Shown piece after piece: positions 10,981-20,710 of a DNA stretch of 64,000 bases. Position numbers and translations under genes: made by a program. Origin of the DNA: an uncultured Syntrophomonas sp. (lineage in GTDB: Bacteria > Bacillota > Syntrophomonadia > Syntrophomonadales > Syntrophomonadaceae); assembly GCA_964579945.1 (NCBI GenBank), contig CAZOIC010000001.1, positions 9,630 through 73,629 on the forward strand. The letters are read 5' to 3'. The notes below the pieces were generated by a model. It was not told where the DNA came from. It worked only from the letters and a program-made list of their open reading frames with translations, and ran no database searches. Numbering within the stretch: the first letter of the stretch is position 1; every line of letters begins with the position of its first letter.

Positions 10981-12177
10981 GTGCGAAAAATCCCCACAGA
11001 CCGCTGGCTGGAGATAGATGTAGATGCTATTACCCATAATCTGGAGCAGGTAAAAGCAAGGTTGCCTGATAAGGTTCGGCTAATTGCGGTAGTCAAGGCC
11101 GAGGCCTATGGTCATGGAGCAGTTACAACCGCCCATATTCTCTACCAGAATGGGGTAGAATTTTTTGCAGTCAGTTTCCTGGATGAAGCCTTAGCCTTGC
11201 GTCGGGCAGGGATTCAGGTCCGTATCATGCTGTTGACTCCTCTGACAACTAAAGAGCAGGTAATCAAAGCTTTACAAAACCGTATAACGTTGACAATTAC
11301 CTCTCTTCATGAATGCCGTCTGCTGGATTTGATTAGCCGTCGTATCAACGTCAAGGCTACTGTACACCTGAAAGTTGACACGGGATTAGGGCGCTTTGGT
11401 CTAAATCGGGAAGAGCTAATTGAAGTTTGTCAAACATTAAAAGCTAACCCCTGCATATATATAGAAGGCATATATACTCATATGGCAGAAGCTGCTTCCA
11501 GTAATCCTGTTTATACTAGAAAACAGTTTTCGCGTTTCATAAGCATGATTAATGAGCTTAAGGAGGCTGGATTTATAGTACCAATCTGCCATTGTGCCAA
11601 CAGTGCAGTTTTTCTAAAATATCCGGAAATGCACTTAAATGCAGTAAGAATAGGAACTTTGATTTCTGGGGAACTACCGGCTGGTAAATTTGATAATAGA
11701 TTAGATTTAATAGACCCTTATAAATATAAGAGTCGGGTCATATCTTTACGTACCCTGGATAAAGGAAGTTTCCTGGGATATAACCGTACTGCGCGCTTAA
11801 GTCAGCAGGCGCAGGTTGCGGTTATTCCGGTAGGGTATATCCATGGACTGGCTTTGCAGGTAGCTAATCGTCCGGCTGGTTGGTTGGATTTTTTAAAAGT
11901 TCTAGTTAAGTGTATACTGGCATATTCTAATTTATCCCGTTTTGCACTTAATGTTAAAATTAATGGTTGCAAGTACCCTATCCGGGGTAAAGTATTCATG
12001 CAGATGACCCTGGTAGAGATTCCGCTCCACTCTCAGGTGAAAATTGGTGATGAAGTGGAGGTTCCGGTACGAAAGACATTGGCCATAAGGAGCCTTAACC
12101 GGGTATATACGAAAAGTGCAAAACCATCTACAATAGGAGATGGGAAGAGGATTCTATATGGGCAGGAGGATAGTTAA
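10981..12177 (+). CDS. alr: Alanine racemase family protein (divergent, with a C-terminal-domain insertion)
   Basis: PLP-lysine motif AVVKAEAYGHGA, HLKVDTGLGRFG and IPVGYIHG. GTG start. Confidence 0.8.
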   Translation: MRKIPTDRWLEIDVDAITHNLEQVKARLPDKVRLIAVVKAEAYGHGAVTTAHILYQNGVEFFAVSFLDEALALRRAGIQVRIMLLTPLTTKEQVIKALQNRITLTITSLHECRLLDLISRRINVKATVHLKVDTGLGRFGLNREELIEVCQTLKANPCIYIEGIYTHMAEAASSNPVYTRKQFSRFISMINELKEAGFIVPICHCANSAVFLKYPEMHLNAVRIGTLISGELPAGKFDNRLDLIDPYKYKSRVISLRTLDKGSFLGYNRTARLSQQAQVAVIPVGYIHGLALQVANRPAGWLDFLKVLVKCILAYSNLSRFALNVKINGCKYPIRGKVFMQMTLVEIPLHSQVKIGDEVEVPVRKTLAIRSLNRVYTKSAKPSTIGDGKRILYGQEDS

Positions 12178-13074
12178 ATGAACAAAAAATTGACCGTAGG
12201 CCTTATAGTAGGCTTTTTAGTCTTAATGGGGGTTTTATCAGCGAGGGTGGTTAACAAACCTGATAATGCCGCTTCGCTGAGAGGAAGTTCGGTAGTAGGG
12301 GTAATTGAAATAAATGGAGTTCTTGGTGGTGAGGCTGCTTCCTTGTTGGCCACAAGTGCTGCCGATAGCAACAGGATAATGAAAGCTATTCGGACCGCAG
12401 CTAAAAGACCGGATATTAAAGCGGTAGTAATCAGAATTAACAGCCCCGGAGGTACGGCAGTAGCAGCTCAGGAAATTGGCATTGAGCTGGATAAATTACA
12501 AAAAACCGGAAAACCTGTAGTAACTTCCATGGGGGATGTTTGTGCATCGGGCGGGTATTGGATTGCCTGCAGCAGTGATTATATTGTAGCCAATGGCACT
12601 ACTATTACGGGAAGTATTGGTGCCATTATGGAGACTTCTAACCTCCAGGGTCTCTACGATAAATTGGGTATAAGACAGGAAGTATTTAAAAGTGGAGAAC
12701 ATAAAGACATCGGTTCATCAGCTCGCGAAATTACACCTGAGGAAAGGGAGATTCTTCAGGCAGTAGTCAGTGATTCCTATGCTCAATTTTTAAAACAGGT
12801 TAAACAAGGTCGGAAAGGCAAAATTAATCCAGTGGAACTTGAAGATATAGCCGATGGCCGGGTTTTTACTGGAGAAACAGCACTCCAAATGGGACTGGTA
12901 GACAGTTTGGGGAACTATTATGATGCGGTCAAACAGGCGGAAGAAATGGCTGGAATCACTGAAGAAAGCCGAATAGAAGTCCTTAATACCGAGAAGTTTT
13001 GGGATAGTATATTATTAGGAACCAGGGCTGATCGCTTGTTTCCCACGCAAAATAGGTGGCAGCTTAAATATTAA
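12178..13074 (+). CDS. sppA: Signal peptide peptidase SppA, 36K type
   Basis: N-terminal TM helix, then SPGG, CASGGYWIA and GSIG motifs. Confidence 0.85.
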   Translation: MNKKLTVGLIVGFLVLMGVLSARVVNKPDNAASLRGSSVVGVIEINGVLGGEAASLLATSAADSNRIMKAIRTAAKRPDIKAVVIRINSPGGTAVAAQEIGIELDKLQKTGKPVVTSMGDVCASGGYWIACSSDYIVANGTTITGSIGAIMETSNLQGLYDKLGIRQEVFKSGEHKDIGSSAREITPEEREILQAVVSDSYAQFLKQVKQGRKGKINPVELEDIADGRVFTGETALQMGLVDSLGNYYDAVKQAEEMAGITEESRIEVLNTEKFWDSILLGTRADRLFPTQNRWQLKY

Positions 13075-13092
13075 ACCAGGGGGGAGAGGAAT

Positions 13093-13677
13093 ATGTCTCT
13101 GATTGATACCATTTATGGTATGTTGTTTGACCCGGTTCCTACATTGCAGTATCTCGCTCGGGAAAAACCTTTGCTACCAGGTTTATTAATATATATGGCC
13201 GTTTTCATATTTAATGTGATTATTAATCGGGGCCTAACCACATTGGATAGTGAGATTGCCGGTTTTATTCCTGATGGCAACTTCATTTGGGTTTTTGCTA
13301 TCCTGGGAGTAATATTATCTTTTTTTATACTGGCCTTAACAGCAGGATTACTCTCCCTATTAAGCGAAATATTTTACCGGCGGGGAAATGCCAGCGGGTT
13401 ACTAGTATGTTTATGTTTTGCAGTTATTCCAGGAGTCTTAGGCCCCCCCCTGCAATATGGAGCTACTTTACTGGGAATCAGCTGGCTGGGTGTAATATTT
13501 TCCCTGCTTGCAGTAATTTGGATGCTCGTATTACAAGTTCTTTCCTTACGTGAGGCTCTGGAGCTGCAAACAGGCCAGGCTATATTATTATTTATAATGC
13601 CGGGTTTGTTATTTGTCTTCGTACTATTAGGCTTTGCTTTTATTATAATTAAAACTATTCCACCATTTCCTGGATAA
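13093..13677 (+). CDS. YIP1-family integral membrane protein
   Basis: 194 aa, polytopic and hydrophobic, with the conserved N-terminus LIDTIYGMLFDPVPTL typical of Yip1-domain proteins. Confidence 0.6.
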   Translation: MSLIDTIYGMLFDPVPTLQYLAREKPLLPGLLIYMAVFIFNVIINRGLTTLDSEIAGFIPDGNFIWVFAILGVILSFFILALTAGLLSLLSEIFYRRGNASGLLVCLCFAVIPGVLGPPLQYGATLLGISWLGVIFSLLAVIWMLVLQVLSLREALELQTGQAILLFIMPGLLFVFVLLGFAFIIIKTIPPFPG

Positions 13678-13743
13678 AAAAGCAGGGTATTTTATGCAGG
13701 CGTAGAAATAAATGGTATAAGGTATCCAGGGGAGGTAAGAGCT

Positions 13744-14112
13744 ATGAAGAAAATACTAATAGTAGATGACCAGAAAGGTGTCCGACGCCTGTTGGAGGAA
13801 CTATTTAAAAAAGATGGCTGGGAAGTCCAGTTAGCAGCTGATGGAAAGGAGGCAATACAGAGGGCAGATGAGTTTTTACCCGATATAATACTTATGGATA
13901 TGAAAATGCCTAATATGAATGGATTGGAAGCATCGCGGATTATATTAAATAATTTTAGCGATTTGGATATTATTATGATGACCGCTTATGGGGAAATGGA
14001 TGTAGTTAAGGAAGCCCTGGATGTCGGGGTTAAAAGATGTATAACCAAACCATTTGATATAATTAATTTGCGGGATACAGTCAATCAAATGGCGGCCGAG
14101 AAAGTATTCTAG
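13744..14112 (+). CDS. spo0F: Single-domain receiver (CheY-like) response regulator, Spo0F-like
   Basis: 122 aa with ILIVDDQ, LMDMKMPNMNG, MMTAYGE and ITKPFDI. It aligns by eye along its length with B. subtilis Spo0F and sits immediately upstream of fba as in B. subtilis. Confidence 0.65.
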   Translation: MKKILIVDDQKGVRRLLEELFKKDGWEVQLAADGKEAIQRADEFLPDIILMDMKMPNMNGLEASRIILNNFSDLDIIMMTAYGEMDVVKEALDVGVKRCITKPFDIINLRDTVNQMAAEKVF

Positions 14113-14181
14113 TAATTTTAAATGGTGATTATTATTTTTGTAGTGGAACCAGTTTCTATATTTAAATTAGAGGTGATATAA

Positions 14182-15036
14182 ATGGCACTGGTTACAGTAA
14201 ATGAACTTCTACTAAAGGCTGAGAAGGAAGGATATGCGGTAGGCGCTTTTAACGCCAATAATATGGAAATAGTACAAGCTATTCTGGAGGCGGCAAAAAG
14301 GGAGAATGCTCCAGTTATTATGCAGGCTAGCCAGGGTGCTATAGCTTATGCGGGCCTGAATTTTATTACTGAAATGGTAAGGCTGGCGGCTGCATCTTCA
14401 ACCGTTCCAGTAGCATTACACCTGGATCATGGAACCGATTTTGACCAGGTGGTAAGATGTATTCGCAGTGGTTTTACCTCGGTAATGTATGATGGCTCCA
14501 AATTACCGTTAGAGGAGAATATAGCCATTACCTGCAAGGTTCTGGATATAACCCGACCTATTGGAGTATCAGTAGAGGCGGAACTGGGCAAAATTGGGGG
14601 AACTGAGGATAATGTCCATGTTAGTGAGAAAGAGGCCATGTATACCGACCCGGAAGAAGCCCGCTATTTTGTGGAACAAACTGGAGTGGAGAGCCTGGCT
14701 ATTGCTATAGGCACTGCCCATGGTCAGTATAAAGGAGACCCTAAACTTGATTTTGACCGGTTGGCAAGAATTAAATCACTGGTTAAAATACCCATAGTCT
14801 TACATGGTTCTTCCGGTGTTCCCGACGAATCAATACGCCGGGCGATAGAACTGGGAGTTCGCAAGATAAACATTGATACTAATATTCGGGAGGCCTTTGT
14901 GGGGGAGATGCGTCGGGTAATGATGGATAAACCTGATGAAATAGACCCGCGTAAAATTCTGGGATCGGCGCGGGAAGCAGCAGCGGCTATAATTTCTGAA
15001 AAAATCCGGCTTTTTGGTAGCTCCGGTAAGGCATAA
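14182..15036 (+). CDS. fba: Class II fructose-1,6-bisphosphate aldolase
   Basis: GYAVGAFN, LHLDHG, AIGTAHG and LHGSSG. Confidence 0.95.
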   Translation: MALVTVNELLLKAEKEGYAVGAFNANNMEIVQAILEAAKRENAPVIMQASQGAIAYAGLNFITEMVRLAAASSTVPVALHLDHGTDFDQVVRCIRSGFTSVMYDGSKLPLEENIAITCKVLDITRPIGVSVEAELGKIGGTEDNVHVSEKEAMYTDPEEARYFVEQTGVESLAIAIGTAHGQYKGDPKLDFDRLARIKSLVKIPIVLHGSSGVPDESIRRAIELGVRKINIDTNIREAFVGEMRRVMMDKPDEIDPRKILGSAREAAAAIISEKIRLFGSSGKA

Positions 15037-15122
15037 TAATTAACCAGCCAGGAGATAGCTGGCAACTGGGAAGGACGAAATAAACTTTGTAGGTTATCGG
15101 GGGTATACAAGGAGGGAACATA

Positions 15123-15764
15123 TTGCGTATTTTTATTGATTCAGCTAATATTAATGAGGTAAGAGAAATTCATGCTCTAGGGTTTCTTTCCGGAGTAACC
15201 ACTAACCCTAGTCTGGTTGCCAGGGAGAAGCGAGATTATAAACAGGTGATAAAAGAGATATGTGATATAGTTGATGGCCCCATAAGCGCTGAAGTCATAG
15301 GGCTGGATTATGACTCTATGATTCAGGAAGGACAAGAACTGGCGGCTATTCACCGCAATGTGGTAATAAAAGTACCACTTACGGAAGAAGGTTTAAAAGC
15401 TATTCATAGGTTTCGGGAAGAAGGAATAGCCACCAATGCCACTCTGGTATTTTCCGCCAACCAGGCTTTACTGGCAGCGCGAGCTGGAGCCAATTATGTT
15501 AGCCCTTTTGTCGGCAGGGTGGATGATACCAGTAATGACGGCCTGCTTATGCTAAATGACATTATAACTGTGTTTGACCAGTATATGCTGGAAACTGAGA
15601 TCATCGCTGCCAGTATCCGGCATCCTCTGCATGTTGTCGAGTCTGCCAAGATGGGTTCCCATATAGCTACCATACCTTATAATATTATTAAGCAAATGCT
15701 TAAACATCCTCTAACCGATGCCGGTATAGAAAAATTTCTACACGATTGGAAGCAGGCATTTTAG
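15123..15764 (+). CDS. tal: Transaldolase / fructose-6-phosphate aldolase family (short type)
   Basis: 213 aa with [19 protein letters not shown] and [11 protein letters not shown] start after AAGGAGGG. Confidence 0.9.
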   Translation: MRIFIDSANINEVREIHALGFLSGVTTNPSLVAREKRDYKQVIKEICDIVDGPISAEVIGLDYDSMIQEGQELAAIHRNVVIKVPLTEEGLKAIHRFREEGIATNATLVFSANQALLAARAGANYVSPFVGRVDDTSNDGLLMLNDIITVFDQYMLETEIIAASIRHPLHVVESAKMGSHIATIPYNIIKQMLKHPLTDAGIEKFLHDWKQAF

Positions 15765-15796
15765 GCAACAAAGGCAACAAATAGGAGGGTTTAGTC

Positions 15797-16792
15797 GTGG
15801 AGAGAGAATTAGCTCTTGAATTTGCAAGAGTAACCGAAGCTGCTGCTCTTGCTGCTGCTCGTTGGGTTGGAAGAGGGGATAAAGAAGCCGCTGATGATGC
15901 TGCCGTTACTGCCATGAGGGTTATGTTTGATACGGTTTCGGTAGACGGAGTAGTGGTTATTGGGGAAGGAGAAATGGACGAAGCTCCGATGCTTTATATC
16001 GGGGAAAGGGTTGGTAATGGTGTGCCTCCGGAGGTTGATATTGCAGTTGACCCCCTGGAAGGTACTAATATAGTAGCTAAAGGCCTTACCGGAGCTATAG
16101 CGGTGCTGGCAGCAGCCCCCCGGGGTAGTCTCCTCCATGCTCCCGACATGTACATGGATAAGATTGCCGTAGGCCCTGAATGTAAAGGCAGGGTTTATCT
16201 GGAAGCAAGTGTAAAGGAAAACCTGCGTGAAGTATCCCGGTCTCTGGGTAAATTGATGAGTGAGGTAACCGTTGTAATTTTGGACCGTCCTCGCCACCAG
16301 GAAATAATTGAACAGGTTAGAAGTGCGGGGGCACGTATCAAACTCATTACTGATGGTGATGTATCGCCTGCAGTGGCTGCAGCCTATGATAACTCGGGAG
16401 TTGATATTTTAATGGGCATAGGTGGGGCTCCAGAAGGGGTTATAACAGCGGTTGCTCTTAAATGTCTGGGTGGGGATTTTCAAGCCCGACTCTACCCGGA
16501 AGGTGAGGAAGCTGAAGAAGAAATTCGTCGCTGTCATGAGATGGGGATAACAAATGTGAATAAAATATTTACTATTGATGAATTGGCTCGCTCCGATGAT
16601 GTTATTTTTGCTGCTACCGGTATAACTGATTCATTTCTACTAAAAGGTGTACGCTACAATAAGAGGCGCGCTATCACTCAAACCCTGGTTATGAGAAGTA
16701 AATCAGGGACCATAAGACATATCGAAGCTACTCATCACCCAGACAAAAAACCACTATTTAAAGACGAGCGCATCAAATTAAAACTGGATTAA
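15797..16792 (+). CDS. glpX: Class II fructose-1,6-bisphosphatase
   Basis: ELALEFARVTEAAALAAARWVGRGDK, DPLEGT and the GIGGAPEGV pattern of GlpX. Confidence 0.92.
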   Translation: MERELALEFARVTEAAALAAARWVGRGDKEAADDAAVTAMRVMFDTVSVDGVVVIGEGEMDEAPMLYIGERVGNGVPPEVDIAVDPLEGTNIVAKGLTGAIAVLAAAPRGSLLHAPDMYMDKIAVGPECKGRVYLEASVKENLREVSRSLGKLMSEVTVVILDRPRHQEIIEQVRSAGARIKLITDGDVSPAVAAAYDNSGVDILMGIGGAPEGVITAVALKCLGGDFQARLYPEGEEAEEEIRRCHEMGITNVNKIFTIDELARSDDVIFAATGITDSFLLKGVRYNKRRAITQTLVMRSKSGTIRHIEATHHPDKKPLFKDERIKLKLD

Positions 16793-16803
16793 TAGCAATT
16801 GGG

Positions 16804-16832
16804 GGATTAAACTGTTTTTTTACTGGTATAAT
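16804..16832 (+). promoter_or_regulatory. Candidate sigma-A promoter with extended -10 (TGGTATAAT) for the rho leader
   Basis: TGgTATAAT lies at 16824-16832. The -35 is weak. This would give a leader of about 250 nt before rho. Confidence 0.35.
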
Positions 16833-17083
16833 AAAACTAGAAGTTAAATAAATAGCAGGATGATATTTACGTTTTCCTGCTGTAAGCCTTCGCGTGGCAT
16901 CATTGCCTGCCTGGTCTGATTCATTTCATTACCTAAAATCAATCCAAAAGGTTGTTTTTGTTTTTTGTTAATCTAATAGTTTCTGTGATAATACCGGGGA
17001 TGGTGTAGACGTATTTGTCACAGTATCTATAGGAGTCGCTATGTTTGTGACCAAACATTTAATTAATAGAAAGGAGGAAGTTC

Positions 17084-18361
17084 TTGAATATATCCGACTT
17101 AGACAACAAGACCATTCTAGAGCTTTATCAGATTGCTCGGGATCATAATCTTTCCGGTTATTCCAGGTGGCGCAAGAAGGAGCTTATTTTTGAAATAACC
17201 AAGGCTATGACTCACGCAGATGAATTGCTAGAAGCCCAGGGCGTACTGGAAATCATGCAAGACGGATACGGTTTCTTAAGGCCTTTTACCTACCTTCCCA
17301 GCCAGGACGACATTTATGTTTCTCCTTCCCAAATTAGAAAATTTGAACTACGCACCGGAGATCGGGTGGGTGGACAGGTGAGATCCCCCAAAGATAATGA
17401 GCGGTTTTTTGCTTTATTAAGGGTGCAAAATGTTAATGGCTTCCCACCCGAGGATTCCGTAAAAAGGATCCATTTTGATGCCCTAACCCCTCTGTATCCG
17501 AGGGAACGATTAACCCTGGAAACCTCTTCCCAGGAGTTATCAACCCGTATAATTGATTTGGTAGCGCCCATAGGAAAAGGGCAACGCGGGTTGATTGTTG
17601 CTCCCCCTAAAGCAGGGAAAACCATGTTATTACAAAAAATTGCTCAGGGAATTACCGCCAATCATCCAGAAATAGATGTTATCATTTTGCTGGTTGATGA
17701 AAGACCGGAGGAAGTGACCGACATGCAGCGGTCTACCAAGGCGGAAGTAGTGGCTTCAACCTTTGATGAACCACCGGAGAACCATGTCAAGGTTACCGAT
17801 ATGGTGCTGGAGAGAGCCAAAAGACTGGTCGAGCATAAAAAAGATGTAGTAATACTCATGGATAGTGTTACCCGCATGGCTAGAGCCCATAACCTGGTGG
17901 TTCCCCCCAGTGGCAGGACTCTTTCCGGTGGTATTGACCCGGCCTCACTGGATAAACCAAAACGCTTTTTCGGGGCTGCCCGCAACATAGAGGAAGGCGG
18001 CAGCCTGACTATAATAGCTACAGCCCTGGTGGAAACTGGTTCCCGTATGGATGAGGTAATATTTGAAGAGTTTAAAGGACGAGGTAATATGGAACTGGTT
18101 TTAGACCGAAAACTGGCCGAGAGACGGGTTTTCCCCGCTATCGATTTAAAACGTTCAGGAACCCGTAAAGAGGAACTGCTCTTCAGTCCGGAGGAGATGG
18201 AACTAACCTGGAATCTGCGGAAGACTTTCAGTGATTATAACCTGGTGGAAACCATGCAGATGATGATTGATACTATGAAGAAAACCAAGTCCAACAAAGA
18301 TTTATTGCGAGCCGCCCCACTGGTTTTCGGTAAAAAAGATTACGCCCGTAATGCCTATTAG
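17084..18361 (+). CDS. rho: Transcription termination factor Rho
   Basis: Rho N-terminal domain, cold-shock-like RNA-binding domain (GFLRP...YVSPSQIR) and Walker A (PPKAGKT). TTG start after AAAGGAGG. Confidence 0.97.
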   Translation: MNISDLDNKTILELYQIARDHNLSGYSRWRKKELIFEITKAMTHADELLEAQGVLEIMQDGYGFLRPFTYLPSQDDIYVSPSQIRKFELRTGDRVGGQVRSPKDNERFFALLRVQNVNGFPPEDSVKRIHFDALTPLYPRERLTLETSSQELSTRIIDLVAPIGKGQRGLIVAPPKAGKTMLLQKIAQGITANHPEIDVIILLVDERPEEVTDMQRSTKAEVVASTFDEPPENHVKVTDMVLERAKRLVEHKKDVVILMDSVTRMARAHNLVVPPSGRTLSGGIDPASLDKPKRFFGAARNIEEGGSLTIIATALVETGSRMDEVIFEEFKGRGNMELVLDRKLAERRVFPAIDLKRSGTRKEELLFSPEEMELTWNLRKTFSDYNLVETMQMMIDTMKKTKSNKDLLRAAPLVFGKKDYARNAY

Positions 18362-18444
18362 ACAATAAAAGTGAATAAACACCTCTTTTCTGGTCAAGAA
18401 TATAGGGCAGCGAGGACTTTATTCGGTGGTACTCGCGGAAAGAG

Positions 18445-19302
18445 GTGAAAAAGGTGAATAAGAGGTGGAGGAGTTCACTGCTGTTATGCACCTTTCTATG
18501 GTATGTAGGCAGTAGCCCGGCGATAGCTGCTTTAAACCAGGCCAATTTTATACCCTGCAATGCGCAAAAACAGCTAACAGGTAAGTCCATACAGAGTTAC
18601 TATGTACGACCGGGTGATAACTTGTGGAACATATCCCGGAATTATCAGGTTGATCTGAAGACGCTGATGAGTATTAACCAGCTGAATGAGAATAGTATTT
18701 TAAGAGTAGGGCAAAAACTGCAAATGCCTTGTGGCCAGGCTCAAGTTCATATAATACGCCGTGGTGAAACCCTGTGGGATATTGCCCGTAACTATAATGT
18801 TGATTTGGCTGAATTACAGAGACTAAACAGCAACAAGCAGGCCAGTAATCTGAGAATAGGTGACCAGATTAACTTGCCCCGGAATACTTCGCGGATAGCC
18901 TTCCGTGAATCACTTAAACCTTCACGTAGTATTATATCCCGTTTTATCTGGCCGATCCGCGGAACTATTACTTCCAAATACGGTTGGCGCAGTTCCGGTT
19001 TCCATCATGGATTGGACATAGCTGGTGATTTTGGGGATTCGGTAAAAGCCGCTGCCAGTGGTGTAGTATCTTTTACTGGTTATATATCTCTTTATGGTAA
19101 CACGGTTATAATTGACCACCCTGACGGAAAGCAGACCCTATATGCTCATCTTAACCACATCGATGTATCTCAGGGAGATAGAGTTGCGCGGGGTACAGTT
19201 ATTGCTGCGGTGGGTAGTACCGGTCGCAGTACCGGACCCCATCTGCATTTCGAAATCAAACAGGGTGATACCAGGGAAGACCCGCTGGTTTATCTTAGAT
19301 AA
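18445..19302 (+). CDS. Secreted LysM-repeat / M23 family peptidoglycan endopeptidase
   Basis: Signal peptide, two LysM repeats (YYVRPGDNLWNISRNY; HIIRRGETLWDIARNY), then M23 motifs HHGLDI and GPHLHFE. An in-frame GTG at 18454 with a better-spaced RBS is an alternative start. Confidence 0.85.
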   Translation: MKKVNKRWRSSLLLCTFLWYVGSSPAIAALNQANFIPCNAQKQLTGKSIQSYYVRPGDNLWNISRNYQVDLKTLMSINQLNENSILRVGQKLQMPCGQAQVHIIRRGETLWDIARNYNVDLAELQRLNSNKQASNLRIGDQINLPRNTSRIAFRESLKPSRSIISRFIWPIRGTITSKYGWRSSGFHHGLDIAGDFGDSVKAAASGVVSFTGYISLYGNTVIIDHPDGKQTLYAHLNHIDVSQGDRVARGTVIAAVGSTGRSTGPHLHFEIKQGDTREDPLVYLR

Positions 19303-19312
19303 AGCGATGGAA

Positions 19313-19347
19313 AAGCCTCCTGCAAAAAATCAGGGGGCTTTTTTTAT
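19313..19347 (+). terminator. Rho-independent terminator after the M23 peptidase gene
   Basis: AAGCCTCCTG / CAGGGGGCTT stem followed by a T-run. Confidence 0.7.
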
Positions 19348-19373
19348 GCTCGCAATTAGGATAGGCTATAATA

Positions 19374-19399
19374 GAATTAAGAATTAAGAATTAAGAATT
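19374..19399. repeat. Short tandem heptamer repeat (GAATTAA x3 plus a partial unit)
   Basis: Read directly: GAATTAAGAATTAAGAATTAAGAATT, about 25 nt upstream of the radical-SAM start codon. Confidence 0.8.
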
Positions 19400-19422
19400 T
19401 GATTAAAAGCTGAGGTTAGCAG

Positions 19423-20670
19423 ATGTTTTTAACGCTTTTTGCCAATGAGCGCGGAGAACTACTGGAGTATCCTGGTATAGGGATGTTGGGGCGTAGTGGT
19501 TCTGATTGGGTGGTACCTGAAAAGACCGAGATGATACCTTTGCCCCGGGGAGCTTCACTGGTAAGCGTTCCTGGTTGTATACCAGTTGGCCTGGATAGTG
19601 AGGGAGAATTAACTTATTTTGAATGGGCACCTGATTGTGAAGGAAAAATTCAGGCAGTAGCTGCTCTCTTACCCCAGGGGTTTACCAGGACCCTTATGCC
19701 TGCTTGTGTAAAGCGTAAATCGAATAAAGACCTTCCCTTAATGGGCTATACTGCGGTAGGGTTTAAGCAGGAAAAAATATATGTAGCTGCAGTCCAGACT
19801 GATGCTCACCGCAAATGGCACCCTACCCATTACAATACTGAAGGGCTGCCGCCGCGGATTGAAAAAAAACTAAAAAAATACCCCGATAATAGGATTCTTC
19901 GGCAACTAGCCCGCTGTTCTCTGGAATATAGCTGTTTTACTGCCCAGAATATTTTTTACCAGCGCTGGGAGGGTGGCATACCTACTATGCCCCGGTGTAA
20001 TGCTAATTGTATGGGCTGTATATCAGAGAGCCATCTAAACATAACCTCGCCCCAGGAGCGCCTGAGTTTTAATCCCTCGGTTAATGAAATAGTTGAAGTA
20101 GGTACTGAACACCTGATAAATGCACGGGATGCTATAATAAGTTTTGGTCAGGGATGTGAAGGTGAACCCTCCCTGAATGCAAAAAACTTATCCCGGGCAA
20201 TAGAGAATATGCGGAAAGAAACTTCCCGGGGTACTATTAACTTGAATACTAATGCCGGCTATACCACAGGCATAAGGGAGATATGTAATGCTGGCCTGGA
20301 TACTATGCGGGTGACTATGTTCTCCTGCCAGCAGGATAATTATATGGCTTATCATCGTCCTCTGAACTATACTTTTAAAGATGTGGAGAAGTCTATTGCC
20401 TACGCCAAAGATAAGGGAGTAAAGGTATCCTTAAACCTTCTAACTTTTCCAGGATTTACTGACCGGGAGGATGAAATTGAAGAACTGCTTTATTTTCTCG
20501 AAGGAAACTGTATCGATATGGTTCAGTTGCGTAATTTAAACATTGACCCCGATTATTTAAATAATAACTTTAGCGGTGACAGTGGTATTGGTATAGTTAA
20601 TTTCATAAACCTGTTAAAAGAAGAGTTACCGGAACTTAAGATTAAGTCCTACAGTCATCTGCTGGATTAA
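19423..20670 (+). CDS. Radical SAM protein with an uncharacterised N-terminal domain of about 190 aa
   Basis: CNANCMGC (CX3CX2C) at about aa 193-200 is followed by a TIM-barrel-like region (ISFGQGCEGEP, NTNAG). Confidence 0.75.
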   Translation: MFLTLFANERGELLEYPGIGMLGRSGSDWVVPEKTEMIPLPRGASLVSVPGCIPVGLDSEGELTYFEWAPDCEGKIQAVAALLPQGFTRTLMPACVKRKSNKDLPLMGYTAVGFKQEKIYVAAVQTDAHRKWHPTHYNTEGLPPRIEKKLKKYPDNRILRQLARCSLEYSCFTAQNIFYQRWEGGIPTMPRCNANCMGCISESHLNITSPQERLSFNPSVNEIVEVGTEHLINARDAIISFGQGCEGEPSLNAKNLSRAIENMRKETSRGTINLNTNAGYTTGIREICNAGLDTMRVTMFSCQQDNYMAYHRPLNYTFKDVEKSIAYAKDKGVKVSLNLLTFPGFTDREDEIEELLYFLEGNCIDMVQLRNLNIDPDYLNNNFSGDSGIGIVNFINLLKEELPELKIKSYSHLLD

Positions 20671-20710
20671 GGTAATTCTTATTTATCATTATAAAGGAGT
20701 CGAGGAGAAG

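Noticed and set aside
15809-16297. Long antisense ORFs inside well-supported genes (for example 15809-16297 in glpX, 28652-29116 in glyA, 59338-59781 over the T-box and cysE, 32294-32650 in atpF, 40020-40373 in murA)
   Set aside because: Each lies fully opposite a gene with an unmistakable conserved product. None has an RBS or a recognisable motif, and the translations are low-complexity or odd in composition.
19374-19399. GAATTAA heptamer tandem repeat as a CRISPR-like array or phase-variation tract
   Set aside because: There are only about 3.6 units and no spacers. It is AT-rich promoter-region sequence, so I kept it as a minor repeat feature only.
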